Assembly (NCBI GenBank): GCA_030704615.1
Contig: CM060732.1
Span: 45,880,001-45,944,000, forward strand
Length of the DNA: 64,000 nt
Direction of reading: 5' to 3'
DNA from: Takakia lepidozioides
Lineage: Eukaryota; Plantae; Bryophyta
This document shows positions 13,228 to 24,800 of the stretch, in pieces (within the stretch, counting starts at the first letter, position 1; each line of letters starts with the position of its first letter). The notes below the pieces were generated by a model, which was not told the DNA's origin, made no database searches, and saw nothing but the letters and a program-made list of their open reading frames with translations. The position numbers and the translations under genes were made by a program.

Positions 13228-14950
13228 ATGGTGGAGGAGCATGAGAGACATGTTCAGGTTGTGCATCGACCGGGTTTGGTCAATCGGGATGCGGATGGAT
13301 TGAGTCGCAATCCATGCACGAGCCAGCAGATTGACACTGGAGCTCGTTGGCATGGTGAGACGGACGAGGAGATGGTGTCGGGATGGCACACATCTACATT
13401 TTTGTGTATCTTGGCATCGGGAGGTCAGGTTGGACCTACAACAGGGATGACTGTAGATGGAGTGTCTGAGACCCCTGAGGCTAGTGATGAGCCAGGTGGT
13501 ACCAGAGATATACATGAGGATTCGGCTTTGTTGGACTACCTCCGCACGGGAGACACGGCAGCCACTGTGGCTGCTAGGGAGAGGGATCCGATCCTGCAAC
13601 GAGCCAAGAGGTTCAAGTGGGAGGGGATACACCTACTTCGAGTGTGGGAGGATGGTCGGGTGAGGATTGTGCCTCACCCCACACAGCGTGCACGGTTAGT
13701 GCGGCATGCCCATGAGGAGTTGGGGCATTTTGGAGTGCGACGCACTCACAGTTTACTGCAGGGGCAGTATTGGTGGCGTGGTACGTATACAGAGGTGCAA
13801 CAGTTTGTGGCTAGGTGCATGGTGTGTGACAGGGTGCGTGCTTCATTCAACGCCCCTACACCACAGTTGCATCCTTTACCAATCATGGGATTGGGCTACA
13901 GGTGGAGTCTTGATTTCGCAGGACCGTTGCCACTGACTATGCGCCACCACAGATATGTGTTGGTGATGGTGGAGCACTTCTCCAAGTGGATTGAGTTGGT
14001 TCCATTGCCTGACAAGGCTAGTGGGGGCTGCGTATCCATTCTTGGATTGTGTGTTTAGCCGATTTGGTGCTCCAGCTGAGGTACTCACGGACCAAGGGAG
14101 AGAGTTCTTGGGGGAGTTTCAGGCTTTGTGTGATAAAGCCTTGATAGACCACCGCACCACTTCTCGGGATTATCCTGAGGCCGATGGCTTGGCAGAGAAG
14201 TTGTTCAGACGGTGAAGAGGGGTTTGCGCAAGTATGGCTTGTAGAAGGGACACCTAGGAGATTGGGATCTTCAGGTGCCTTGGTTAGCCATGGACTACAG
14301 GTTCAGCAAACAAGCATCACTTGCCTCCTTCTCACCATATTTCCTTCTCTTTGGCCGAGAGCCGGATTTGCCCGCAGCCATTCGTAGGGACACTGCTCAA
14401 GTCCTTAACCTTGACGATCCGGACGTGTGGGTACGTGCATGTGATCAGCGTGCAGAGTTGTTCAAGAAAGTCATGCCCATGGCTTTTGAGAACCTTGCCA
14501 TTGCACAGCACCGTGATACGTTGAGGTATGCCACTATACGTGGTGGAGGATATCGTCCTGGGGTTCGGAGGTTTAGCCCTAGTGACTATGTTTATTTGCA
14601 GCAGACTGCTCCTACGACTCTGGATGTTACTGCAGGGCGTGTTATTCTGAGGGTTCGAGAGGTGTTGCCCTCAGGGGGTCCTGATCTTGGAGGGTCGGGA
14701 TGGCATGACTTGGAAGGACCATGTGCGTAATTGTGCGCCATGTCACCTTCCCAATGTTGATGGCAGAGTTGACCCAAACTTGGCAGTGGTACTTGCAGGT
14801 TTGAGGTGCAAGCTCTGTGGGTCTGCCAAAGGGGCAGCCACCATGCTGGTGTGTGATCGATGCTCAAGGGGTTGGCATATGGGATGCTTGACACCACCTC
14901 TTGAGAAGGTTCCTGACGGAGATTGGTTGTGTCCACACTGCTTGGGATAG
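13228..14950 (+). pseudogene. Gypsy copy A: RNaseH tail, integrase and PHD finger (frameshifted)
   Basis: QVVHRPG..NRDADGLSR; HHCC AHEELGHFG..CMVC; WSLDFAGP, VLTDQGREF, DGLAEK; PHD CKLC..MLVCDRCSRGWHMGCLTPPLEKVPDGDWLCPHC. Confidence 0.9.
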
Positions 14951-15210
14951 TGGCAGTGGACATGACTGGAGGCAGCTAACAAGACATGGGAGGCCAAGCT
15001 CATAGGAGTCAATACATGAGATCCCAAGCTCAAGTTCACAGGTTGCAAGATGACGACTAACGATGGGGCAACTCTTGCACCTGGCCTCTTGATCTATCGA
15101 GTTTGAGTGTAGTAGGGATAGTGATGGAGGACTTAGTGAGGCTATGGTCACTATCACATCTTGTGGCTACCTGGACTTAGAGGGACCTAAGCACCAGCTA
15201 GGGGGGCGAT

Positions 15211-15398
15211 TGTGTGGACTAGTGACTGCCATAGTGGGCAGCATAGTGGCAGCCTACTGACTGACTAGTTGTAGCCTAGTGGTTGGACTAGTGGCTGGGC
15301 TAGTGGTGGACTAGTGATATACTAGTGTGTGGCGTGCACATGTGTTGTGTGGTTTTGGACAGCGATGTAGTTGTGTAACGATATGTATGCGCACGACA
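15211..15398 (+). repeat. 3' terminal repeat (B-type) of Gypsy copy A, TG...CA, 188 bp, directly after the PPT
   Basis: Starts TGTGTGG after ggggggcgat. Its 3' part (ttggacagcgatgta..gcacgaca) matches repeat B of copy B. Flank from 15399 is LINE coding sequence. Confidence 0.75.
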
Positions 15399-16814
15399 TG
15401 GCAAATGAGTGTCGGTGCACGCGTTCCATGATGATATCCTGTAAATGCTCCAGACCTTAAGTGACCAACTGTTCAAAGGGTGACAGACAAGCCCGTGCTG
15501 GTGTCGGAATGAGATCCCGTGCTGAACAAAGATGTTGCTGGAAGGACAAAGAGCCATCGTCGATGTGGGCAACCACCTCCATGAGAAAAGGGCGTTGCTG
15601 ACACAGAAACCGAGATGCCAAGGCTGGAGCGACTAAAGCCCAACTACCTAGGAAGACAACAGAAAAGTGATCAAATGCACCTGGGCCTAATAGACGACCA
15701 AAAATCCCCCTAACAGTCGTATCAAAAGAAGATAGAAGCTCCACAAACTGGGGAGTGGGGGGGAAACAACGCAAAAGATAAGAAGGTCGCTGTATAAAGC
15801 ATTTGGTGAGAATGCCATGGGCTACCTGCATATCACCTAGTTTGGGAAGAAGCTCTATATGGCTTGTATCCTGTAGCAAAGCGTCTTGGAGGAAAAATGT
15901 TGTGTAAGGGGTACTACCAAAGGGAACACCTAACACTCGAATACCCTCAGATGGTGCTAGAAAGTCGACATGGGGCACGAAATCTGAAGGCAGACCAGAG
16001 GGTGACCAAACTGTGGATTTGCGAGGTTGAATAGTGAGCCCAAGAGAGTGAAGTTGGGTAGCAAAGTGATGGAAAGCCAAAAGGATATCAGTGGGAGGGC
16101 CAGTGATGTGGGTATCATCAGCAATAGAGGGAAATATACAGGATTGGAAGGCTTGCGCAGATGAGCGAAGGGCTCGGAAGTGGGCAAAAGCAAAAAGAGG
16201 TCCCCCTAATGGATCGCCCTGACGGGTTCCTACTTCGGACTGGATATAGAAAGATCTCCGGTACGGGTGTGATGACTGTAAAACAAAGGGGTGGAGGAAG
16301 CATAAAACAATCTCACAAAGGGAATGAGTTGATGGCATGCGCCGCCGGCTGATCGCAGTTCTTGAAATATTGCTGATCTGGACACCGTGTTGAAGGCATT
16401 GGTCACATCCACTTGAAGGACGACCCAGTCTGGATGAAGGTCAAGGGAAGCCCGAATCCCATGCACCACCGCTTCACAACCTCCCGAAGTAGCGACCCCA
16501 AATTGATGTGGAGAAAAGTGAGAAGAAAAGACCTCCCAAAACTGGATGCAGATAGAGCGGCTCACCAAGTGATACAGAACCTCCCCCACTGCAATAGGAC
16601 GAATCCCACCTGTGTTCTTGGACATGGCCAAGAGCCGTGCTGCTCCAAGCAAACGTGCTACTGGGGTAGGTATATGTCCCATCGCAATGAAAGAGCAAAC
16701 TTGGAACAGCTGGGAAAAGCCACTAGCAGAGTCATGTGGATTGAGACAGACACGGAGGTGTTCATACACCAAACCAGACGGACCGGCTGTTGCAAGATGA
16801 GGGCTACGTGTGAA
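15399..16814 (-). mobile_element. CRE-like non-LTR retrotransposon, reverse transcriptase segment (decayed)
   Basis: AGPSG, GGIRPIAVGE, QFGVATSGGCEAVVH, LQVDVTNAFNTVSR, GTRQGDPLGGPLF, IADDT, EGIRVLGVPFG; frameshift near 16300. Confidence 0.8.
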
Positions 16815-17452
16815 CAACGACGCAATGGCGTGAGCGTTGCACGTGAGCGCGCGAGCGTACGTGACGTGGCGTGAGCGTACGCTCACGCCAGCTGACGTGG
16901 CGTGAGCCTGCACACATGCTGACGTGGCGTGAGCGTCATGTCAGCATGCTGATGTGGCGGTAAATGATGACGTGGCACTGTCCGTCAACTGCCACGTCAG
17001 CATTAACATGCGCCGCCTATAACCGTGGATGGTCCTATGACCGTGGAATTAATGCAGGGAATCTTGCCTAAATAGAATCAAGACGAGCGTTGAGGCCTAC
17101 AATTGCAGCATCCAACATTGTGCAATTACAAATGTTTGTTTCACTTTTACAATTACGAAGACGACAAAATATCCTCACAAAGTGTGCGCCATAAAGGCTG
17201 CCACGAGAAGACTTCCTCCCTCCTCAAATAACAATGAGAGTTATGATCATCTTCAAAAGATGATTGTAGTGCATAGCGACAGCAAGACATGTAGACTTCG
17301 AACGGTGCAATGACAAATGTGCACTACCTAAAAGTTGTCACTCAGACCTCACTCCGTATAGTTGGAGGCCATATCATTGCACAGCCGACGAATTGATGTG
17401 AATTACACATTTCAAATCATGGTCATCCACATACCACATTACATAGTTCATG

Positions 17453-20400
17453 CTACCCATGTGTTGTATCCCGCTGCAAAAGAGTATCGACCTCGTTGAA
17501 ACTCATAGTGGCCTGGTGAATGAAGTTGTCACGTTTGGGATCGCAAACCATCCTCCTCAAAAATATGAAATACAAATGTTTGCAGGGTATGAATTTACCT
17601 CTCTTGCCCAAACTGGTTGATAGCATATTCACAAAATCAGGACATGTGCAATTGGGGAAATTGGAAACCGTGATGTCGTAGGTCCTGTCATGAACAGCAG
17701 ATGTGGAAGTGATGATTGTGAATACCCGACCATATCCTGGATCGGGTACTTCCGTGGTGCTTCCGACACGAGCTTGGAGCATTCTTGCGGACTCCACTTT
17801 GCCAAAGTGTTCAGCGGTTGGAGGGAAACGCCGAACGAGCTTTCCATCTCGTTTGGTTGGCCACAAGTCAGGATTTGCCGGGGGGACCCGGGAGGACGCA
17901 GGAGTAGTAGCACATGCATGGAGTTGGGGTTGTCTCGCAAGGGAAAAACCTGCCTCCTCCAGCATTTCAATCTCCTGAAAGCTGAGATGTGTTCCCACCT
18001 TCACGGGCCAAACGGTTGGAGGAGATGGCTTCATCACTACGGAAGGACGCACAGTTCCATGCACACATCTGGCACAATCATCTGCGCAGAACCAGAACTT
18101 GTGGTTCTTGGCTTCTGGTTGACCGTATGGACGCATCAAGCCCGTGAAAGTCGGAGCAGGAGTTCGGGCACCACCTCTGGATATAGATGAAGTGCACTTC
18201 TCGAAATTAGTTGCCCTGATCGCTGTACATTTCACACGAGACCCGACACTTGTGCGTTCTATGTGCCAAACGTGGTCGGGGCATGCGGACTCAAGCACAT
18301 CAAGGGGGTTGTTTCTCTCCTGCACCATTTCAGTGGCACGGTTTGATGCTGGAGCTTGCCGTCGTGTTGGAGGTTCCTCCACAATGGAGGTTCCGGACAC
18401 GGAGCTGTCATGCAGGGGAACACGAGGCTTCGAGAAGTTATCACGGTCTGCCCTGTGGGAATCTGAATCCGAACCAGGTGGAGTGTTCAATTTCCTCTTA
18501 CAGGAGCCGAATCTCTCCTCCCCTTCAAGATGTGGAACTCTAGAAACAAGTGGCGTTCCCTGGGCATACATGCTCACCGCCCGTGCTATCTTGATTGGAT
18601 CCCCAGATCTGTTTGCAGCACGCAACATCAACTCCGATTTGTCCGGACCCTTGCCACCAACCCCACCTCGTAAGAAATCACGGTATCGGGTTTGTTGTTG
18701 CAAGGCACGTATCAAATCATCTGTTGTTGCCACATACAAATCCCGACCTCGTTTCCCAGACTGCTGCAACCATGCATTGTGCACAGTTTCTGCCAAATTG
18801 CAAGATGGCATGTCTGCCATTTCCTCAATGGACATGTTCTGCAAAGAGGATAACCACACTTCAGAATAGTGCACAGGAAACAACATAAAGAAAGCAATGA
18901 GTCAAAAATATGGAAAGCAAATGTATGAATAAAGCATGAAATAGAAGCCTCGTACCATTGTCATGGCTGCTCCCCACTGTCTATACCGGAAGTGCCAAAA
19001 CGCCAGCCAATCTTCCAATGCTCTCATACTCTCAAGTGATGCAGCTCCAGAAGAGAACCACCAGGCACGAATTGTCTGGAACAAAGTGTCCGCCTCCTTC
19101 ATTGTTCTAGCATCTTTGTACTCTTTGCACAATTTACGGTGCTGAGTCTGCATCTCTGGTTTGATGTCCGACTTTGTATGTTTTTCCAGAGATTGTGTCC
19201 AATGGAATAGACATGTACGCTCTCTTCCTGGCATAGGCACTTTTGGGTCGCCCGATCCGAAGACAATACGAATAGCATTGAAATTTGCTTGAGCACTATC
19301 CGCCATGAAACCTGCGAAATTTGGAGATGGCAGCCCATGGCAGCCCATGACACGTATCAGGGAATTCCACATGAGCTTCTGGGATTCCGTATCCTCGGAT
19401 TGCATGTCACAAACTGCAATTGTCATAACTCGTTGGTACACTGGATCGTAGACATGACAAGCCATTGTCGTCCAATCCTTCACTCGTTTCACATGATCAA
19501 ACATAAGAAAACAGTTCTGCAAGTCCCCAGTCTTCTGCATCCGCTTCACGAGGCTAACCCCACTGCCCTCCCCAACAGTCGACATTTTGAAAAGAAAAAC
19601 TTTGATGGCACCTTGACCTGGGAATACATTGTCCTGGATGTAATCGTACTTGCTCAGTCGTTTCAATTCCAAAATATTGTCTATGTAGCCTCTGATCCCA
19701 GAGCCCATTCTCAATGCATTGATCTGATGCCGAATGTTAGGTGAACTTAAAGTGGAGAAATGATCCATGACCAGGTCCAATGCTGCACCGTCAAGTTTAG
19801 TCCCCACAGAATCTCCTTCACTCAAAATATGGCTTTCCAAGAAGGACTTGCTTGCGCCAAGAGCAATTGCAGATGTTGTTGCGGATGGGTTTCTCCCGAA
19901 CTCCTGTTTGATCAACCTCGATACTGTCTCAACACTCTCCCTGTAATCCCCCTTCGAGACAGGATGGTTATGGAATCCAAAATGCACACAAGCTCTCGTC
20001 ATTGTATTCAAACGGTGGACAACATAGTACATTCTTGCTCCGCAGAGCGCCAAGCAGGATGGCACAAGTTTGCAGAATTTGCAGACGAAAGTGTTTGCCG
20101 GTGGAGGGGCAGTCCCAGGCTGAAATGGATTCTCCGCCAGACCCTCCCATTCGCTTTGATTATGAACTCCAGACTGAAGAAAGTGTCTGCAATTCAAATT
20201 ATCACACCTAAGGTGTCCATTGCAAACTGTCCTCCTGAAAACAAGCTTGTCATCATTCTGAATATTGGATGTTTTTGTTCTGCACCACGGGTGCCCGTCG
20301 TGTTTCTTGTCCATTCCATGCATCATGATTGTTACACCTCCAACTCGCGGAGGAGGAGGCAGCTCGAATAGGATATCGCCATCAAAAGTCTCCGGCAAGA

Positions 20401-20968
20401 ACTTCACAGGCACCTGCTTCAAAGATTCCCAATCAATTCCCCGCAACTCACTTTTGAATCCAGCCATTCCTCCCATCGCCCGCAATTTTGGAATGACACT
20501 ACAAATCTCTTCTTCATCAGCTTCTGCAACCACAGTAGGAAGGACTGGATTTGGAATTTCACTTATGTCATCATCGGAAGAATCCGAAAGCTCAACGATT
20601 GGAGTGGAGGAAGTCTGTTCTTTTTTCACCACCACCTCCCTCTTGTCTTCAACGACCGAAGCAGCAGTCCCGGGCGTCACATATGACCCAAGGGACTTTC
20701 GCCGAGGCTCTCCAAGTACTCTGTATCGACCAGGACGCACTCTCCACTGGCTGATATGAGCCGTCTCATCACGGTTTTGGAAAGAATATTTCACCAACTT
20801 CCCTTTCAGATCGTAAACCTCTTTCTCCAAAAAGATGGAGCCATTCTGCAGCTGAAAACGGGTAGCCAAGACATGTTCCAGAACAATTGCAAATCCATTG
20901 TCAAGGACTTCCTGGGAGAACGGCACTGGTTTGTCGTCTGAGAAGAACTCCGCTTCAGAGGAAGCCAT
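17453..20968 (-). CDS. MULE transposase, copy 2 (exons 20968-18956, 18838-17453)
   Basis: Translations of the 688-aa and 477-aa ORFs are identical to copy 1. Confidence 0.88.
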
Positions 20969-21823
20969 CTTCCTTCCTCGAGTATGTTTGTACCTTGCTA
21001 TCGCAGATCTAGTGTAAATCGGTTTACTGCTGTCTCCAGAACACAGTTGAAGAATGAGCAGAGCATATGGCGGAGGAAGCTCAGATAACGACTGTGCATA
21101 TTCTGTTATTCATTCCAGATATGCAGCCGTCCATTTTAATTACTTTTCTTGTGGGCCCAGTGGTCAGAGAATCCATAGGGGCAGTGTCGGCAACTGTTAA
21201 ACCGTTAATCAGAACCTCATCAATAAACCCAATAACAAAGCCGACTTCCTGGAAGCATGCCACAGGATCCGAGAATGGGATTGCAGATTAAGTAAATGTA
21301 TCTATATACTACTACCAATGATCATGCGCACCTGGAAAGTTCCAAATGTGCAACGAATGTGGGGTTTGGATAACAAGGATGACCGTGTATGATATTCCAA
21401 AATTTGTCATCAAACTCTCGTTCATTTATATTTATTTGTTTAAGACTGCGCATCAATTTCTGGGATTCGCTGTTCTTTTTAAATATTGAACCAGTTATAA
21501 TTTAGAACACGCCGTTTTGTTTTGGGCGGCACACGTCAGACATCCATAACTGAATACGAACAGCTGTACACCAATTGCTGGCATGTGCACTAATAACGAA
21601 ACGACTATGTGTAACGGTCACGCGGGAGGGAATCCGATGCTTCTAGAGACACGCAAGAACACAGGCAATCCCGCAAGAAATCGGGAGTCACTGCGTTTTT
21701 CTACTTTTCGCGCTTAGAGGGAGAGTGGTAGTCAAGCTGGAGAGGGTTCCTTCTAGAATACGAAAGAGAAGAAAGTCTCTTTATTTTACTTCCCTTAGAG
21801 AGAGACGCAGAGCAAGAGAGAAA

Positions 21824-24800
21824 ATGACGAGGCGTCGTTTGTTGGAGAACACAGGGCCAAGGCAGCAGGTGAACGCGGAGACTGATTCACAAGAGCAGAC
21901 GGAGACTGAGGCAGCGGCTGCGACACAGTCGGCGATAAGAGTGCGCCAGCCTGTGGAGGCAGAGATGAATCGCAGGGACACTGAAGAAGGTGGAAGCACG
22001 CGGAACGCCGAACCTGAAGAAGGTCAAGAAACCCTTGCGCAGACAGAAACTCCAGCAGATGTGAGAGGGAAGAGGAAAGCTGCAGAAGGGGATCAAATTT
22101 CAAAACCTAAGAAGGTGCCAGTAAGTTTTATCATATAGTCTGTGTGATTGCCTTTCAAGGAGTCCTTCCTCTTCCATTCTTTAGCAGGAACTACTGAATC
22201 GCGAGCGTCGTTAACGCCATTCGATTCTGCTCATGAGATTTATGTACCTATGTGTTTGAAGAGAGAGTCTGCACTTACTATTCTCCCTAAACTACACTGA
22301 ATGTCGTTGCCGCCAATCAGTTGCACATATATGTCATTACACAACACCGATCCGGCAGGTTGTTATCTTTTGTGATTGTCGTTAACGCCGTTCGCTATCG
22401 CTCTCACTTTTGTTTTGAATACGGCAGTCTCGGCTTTGCATGTGTAGATTGTGCTGAATTCTTTCACACCATTCATGGTGAGTTTCCTTGATACAGAGTG
22501 ATTGTCGTTACCGCCATTCACTATTTGCAAATCACTTAGTCAGAACTGAATGGCATCGTGCAGAAAACTGTGAGGTCGAAGCCTACAGGATCAGAGGGGA
22601 AAGGATCTGGAGATGGGGACGAGTCCGCAAAAAGCTCAGAGAATACAGATGAAGCAGATGAATCCGAAGTGCACTACCTTGACAAGGTGAAAGAACTCAT
22701 GTCATTCCAGAAGGTAAACTCTCAGGAGGTTATAAGGGACATGCTCGTATCTGGAGGGCGTCTGGACATACCTCTGTGCCGGATGATATCAATGCCTGTT
22801 GTGCGTCCACCTCTTTCCCATGACATAACAAAATTGGAGAGTGATTTTGTGCATGGATATAGACTTGGTGCACAAGTTTTTTATGTGTCACTGACGGATA
22901 TAAATGGGAAAAGCACATTAGTTTCTCCAGAGATCAGTGATAACTGGGATGAGTGCTGGAAAGATGCCAATGAGGAGTTCGAGCTGGGCCTCATGATGGG
23001 AAAGAACACCCAGCAATTTTGCAACCACATGTTCTACGTCTGGGACGGCAACCACCGATTGCTGGCATGGATGGGATACATTCAGAAACACCATTCGAAA
23101 GACAAAGACAAGCATGTTGCTGTGGAGGCAATGGTTTTGGATCCAGGAAACGACATCGCTAGGCTTCTTACAGCTATGCACGACGTGAACAAGTAAGTCA
23201 TCCAGGAGATTTGATTCCCTCTGTAGTGTCTTGTTGATCCTCAAAAAACAGTGTTAAGGAATGCAATGTTTTCAATGTTTTTGCAGATCGACAGAGAAAT
23301 CGCATGTGACAACAAGCTTGGTTCACACACTATTCCGAATTCAGAGGATTGGTCTGATGAAGCTGGATGATTTTCGGACAGTACTACCACCCAATATCAT
23401 CAAGAAGTGCGAAACAGGAAGAGCTGCAGGCACTTGGTATTCTTTGACACGAGAGGCGTTTCTGGAGTACATGTATGCGGTAAGCCCGAGTCTGTAATCT
23501 GTTTACTTTTCGAATACATGTTTAGAGTCCCTTCGGAGCTAATCACTACTTGAATGAATGCAGCAAGAACTGGCAGAGGCAGCTGAGAAGGGAAAATCCG
23601 AATATTACCGCACTACACCAGAGGAACTAAGGACATCAAAGGGTGTGGAAGCTGCAATAAAGAAGGAGTTTGAGATGCGAAGAACCAAATTGATGTCAGC
23701 CTTCGGAAAGCAGCTTAGAATAGTAGATCCTGGACTTGGTCCTGAGTTCCTTCAGCAGATCAAAACACACTATGACAAGCATGTGCATCCGGAGATGCAG
23801 CAGGAGAAATTGCACCGGCTGGCCATATCGATGGTCGACCCACAAACAAAAATAAGGTGGCTGGAGATATGGAACTCAGATCAAACAGTAAAGGACTTGA
23901 ATCAGTTCCCAAAGAGCACCATACAGCCTGGCACAAAGGTGGAAGGAATCAGTGATTTGGTGTTTGATAACTGGCTCCACAAGGCTACATTTTGGAGTCA
24001 GGTGTGTATTCGAACATGCTGTTTCTTCTCTTCAAGTATGTGATGTGTTTCTTTTTGCAATTCTGACAAATATACTATTTGCAGCTCGAAAAGCGCGCCG
24101 TCATTGTGCTGGATCAGACTTTGAAGGACCTGAACATTGCGATTGTTTCCCCTCCCCAAATGTCATTGGAGGCATACATAAGGAAGTGGAGAGGTCTCAC
24201 CTGGAGATACTGTTTTTTCCGGGAGTTCTCCAAAGATGGTAACATTTTACGGTCCAACGACTTTGACAGTCAGGTTGGAGGAGAGTGGGCCATGATGCGA
24301 GTTGTGTACAGGTGAAATGTCATACTTGAAACTCTACTGTTTTTTTGGGAAAAATTGTGGCTTCATATGGATTGCAATCTTAGATCCAGATTGAATGTCG
24401 TTGACGACATTCACTTCTTTGTCTGAGTCATTCTTAAGCGAGTATATGAATTCACCTGGTTAGGATCTAAGGGTGCAATTATATTGTCCCTGATTAGAAT
24501 TGATAATGTCCTTGAATGGCGTTGACGACATTCACATACGGAGTTGTTGTGTGGTCCTCAAGGTTATTTAAATTTTTGTAATGTCCATAGAGGTTACAAT
24601 GAGGGTTGATCACTTCATTTTGCTGAATGTCAATGCAGACATTCAGTTGTTCTGCATTGTTTTTTCCTCTTGCGATGAATATGGAGGCTTGATAAGCTCT
24701 GTTTTAAGAAATCCACAGCTGTGTCTGTATTATTCAAAAACGACAAATTCAATTTTCATGGATTGGGGAGCTAAGTAATTGGTTTCTTTTTTGTATTTTT

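Larger units (their letters stand above)
1..15398 (+). mobile_element. Ty3/Gypsy-like retrotransposon carrying DNMT3-like methyltransferase and PHD finger, copy A (5' part outside window; interrupted by DNA transposon 1491-12815; RT/RNaseH deleted)
   Basis: Colinear with copy B (54072-63762): protease tail (YDVLVGGAVLYPMGFTLDFWEE at 1-70), C5-MTase, linker resuming at 12816 after the insert, integrase, PHD, PPT (agctaggggggcgat 15196-15210) and terminal repeat ending GCACGACA at 15398. Multiple stops and frameshifts. Confidence 0.9.
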
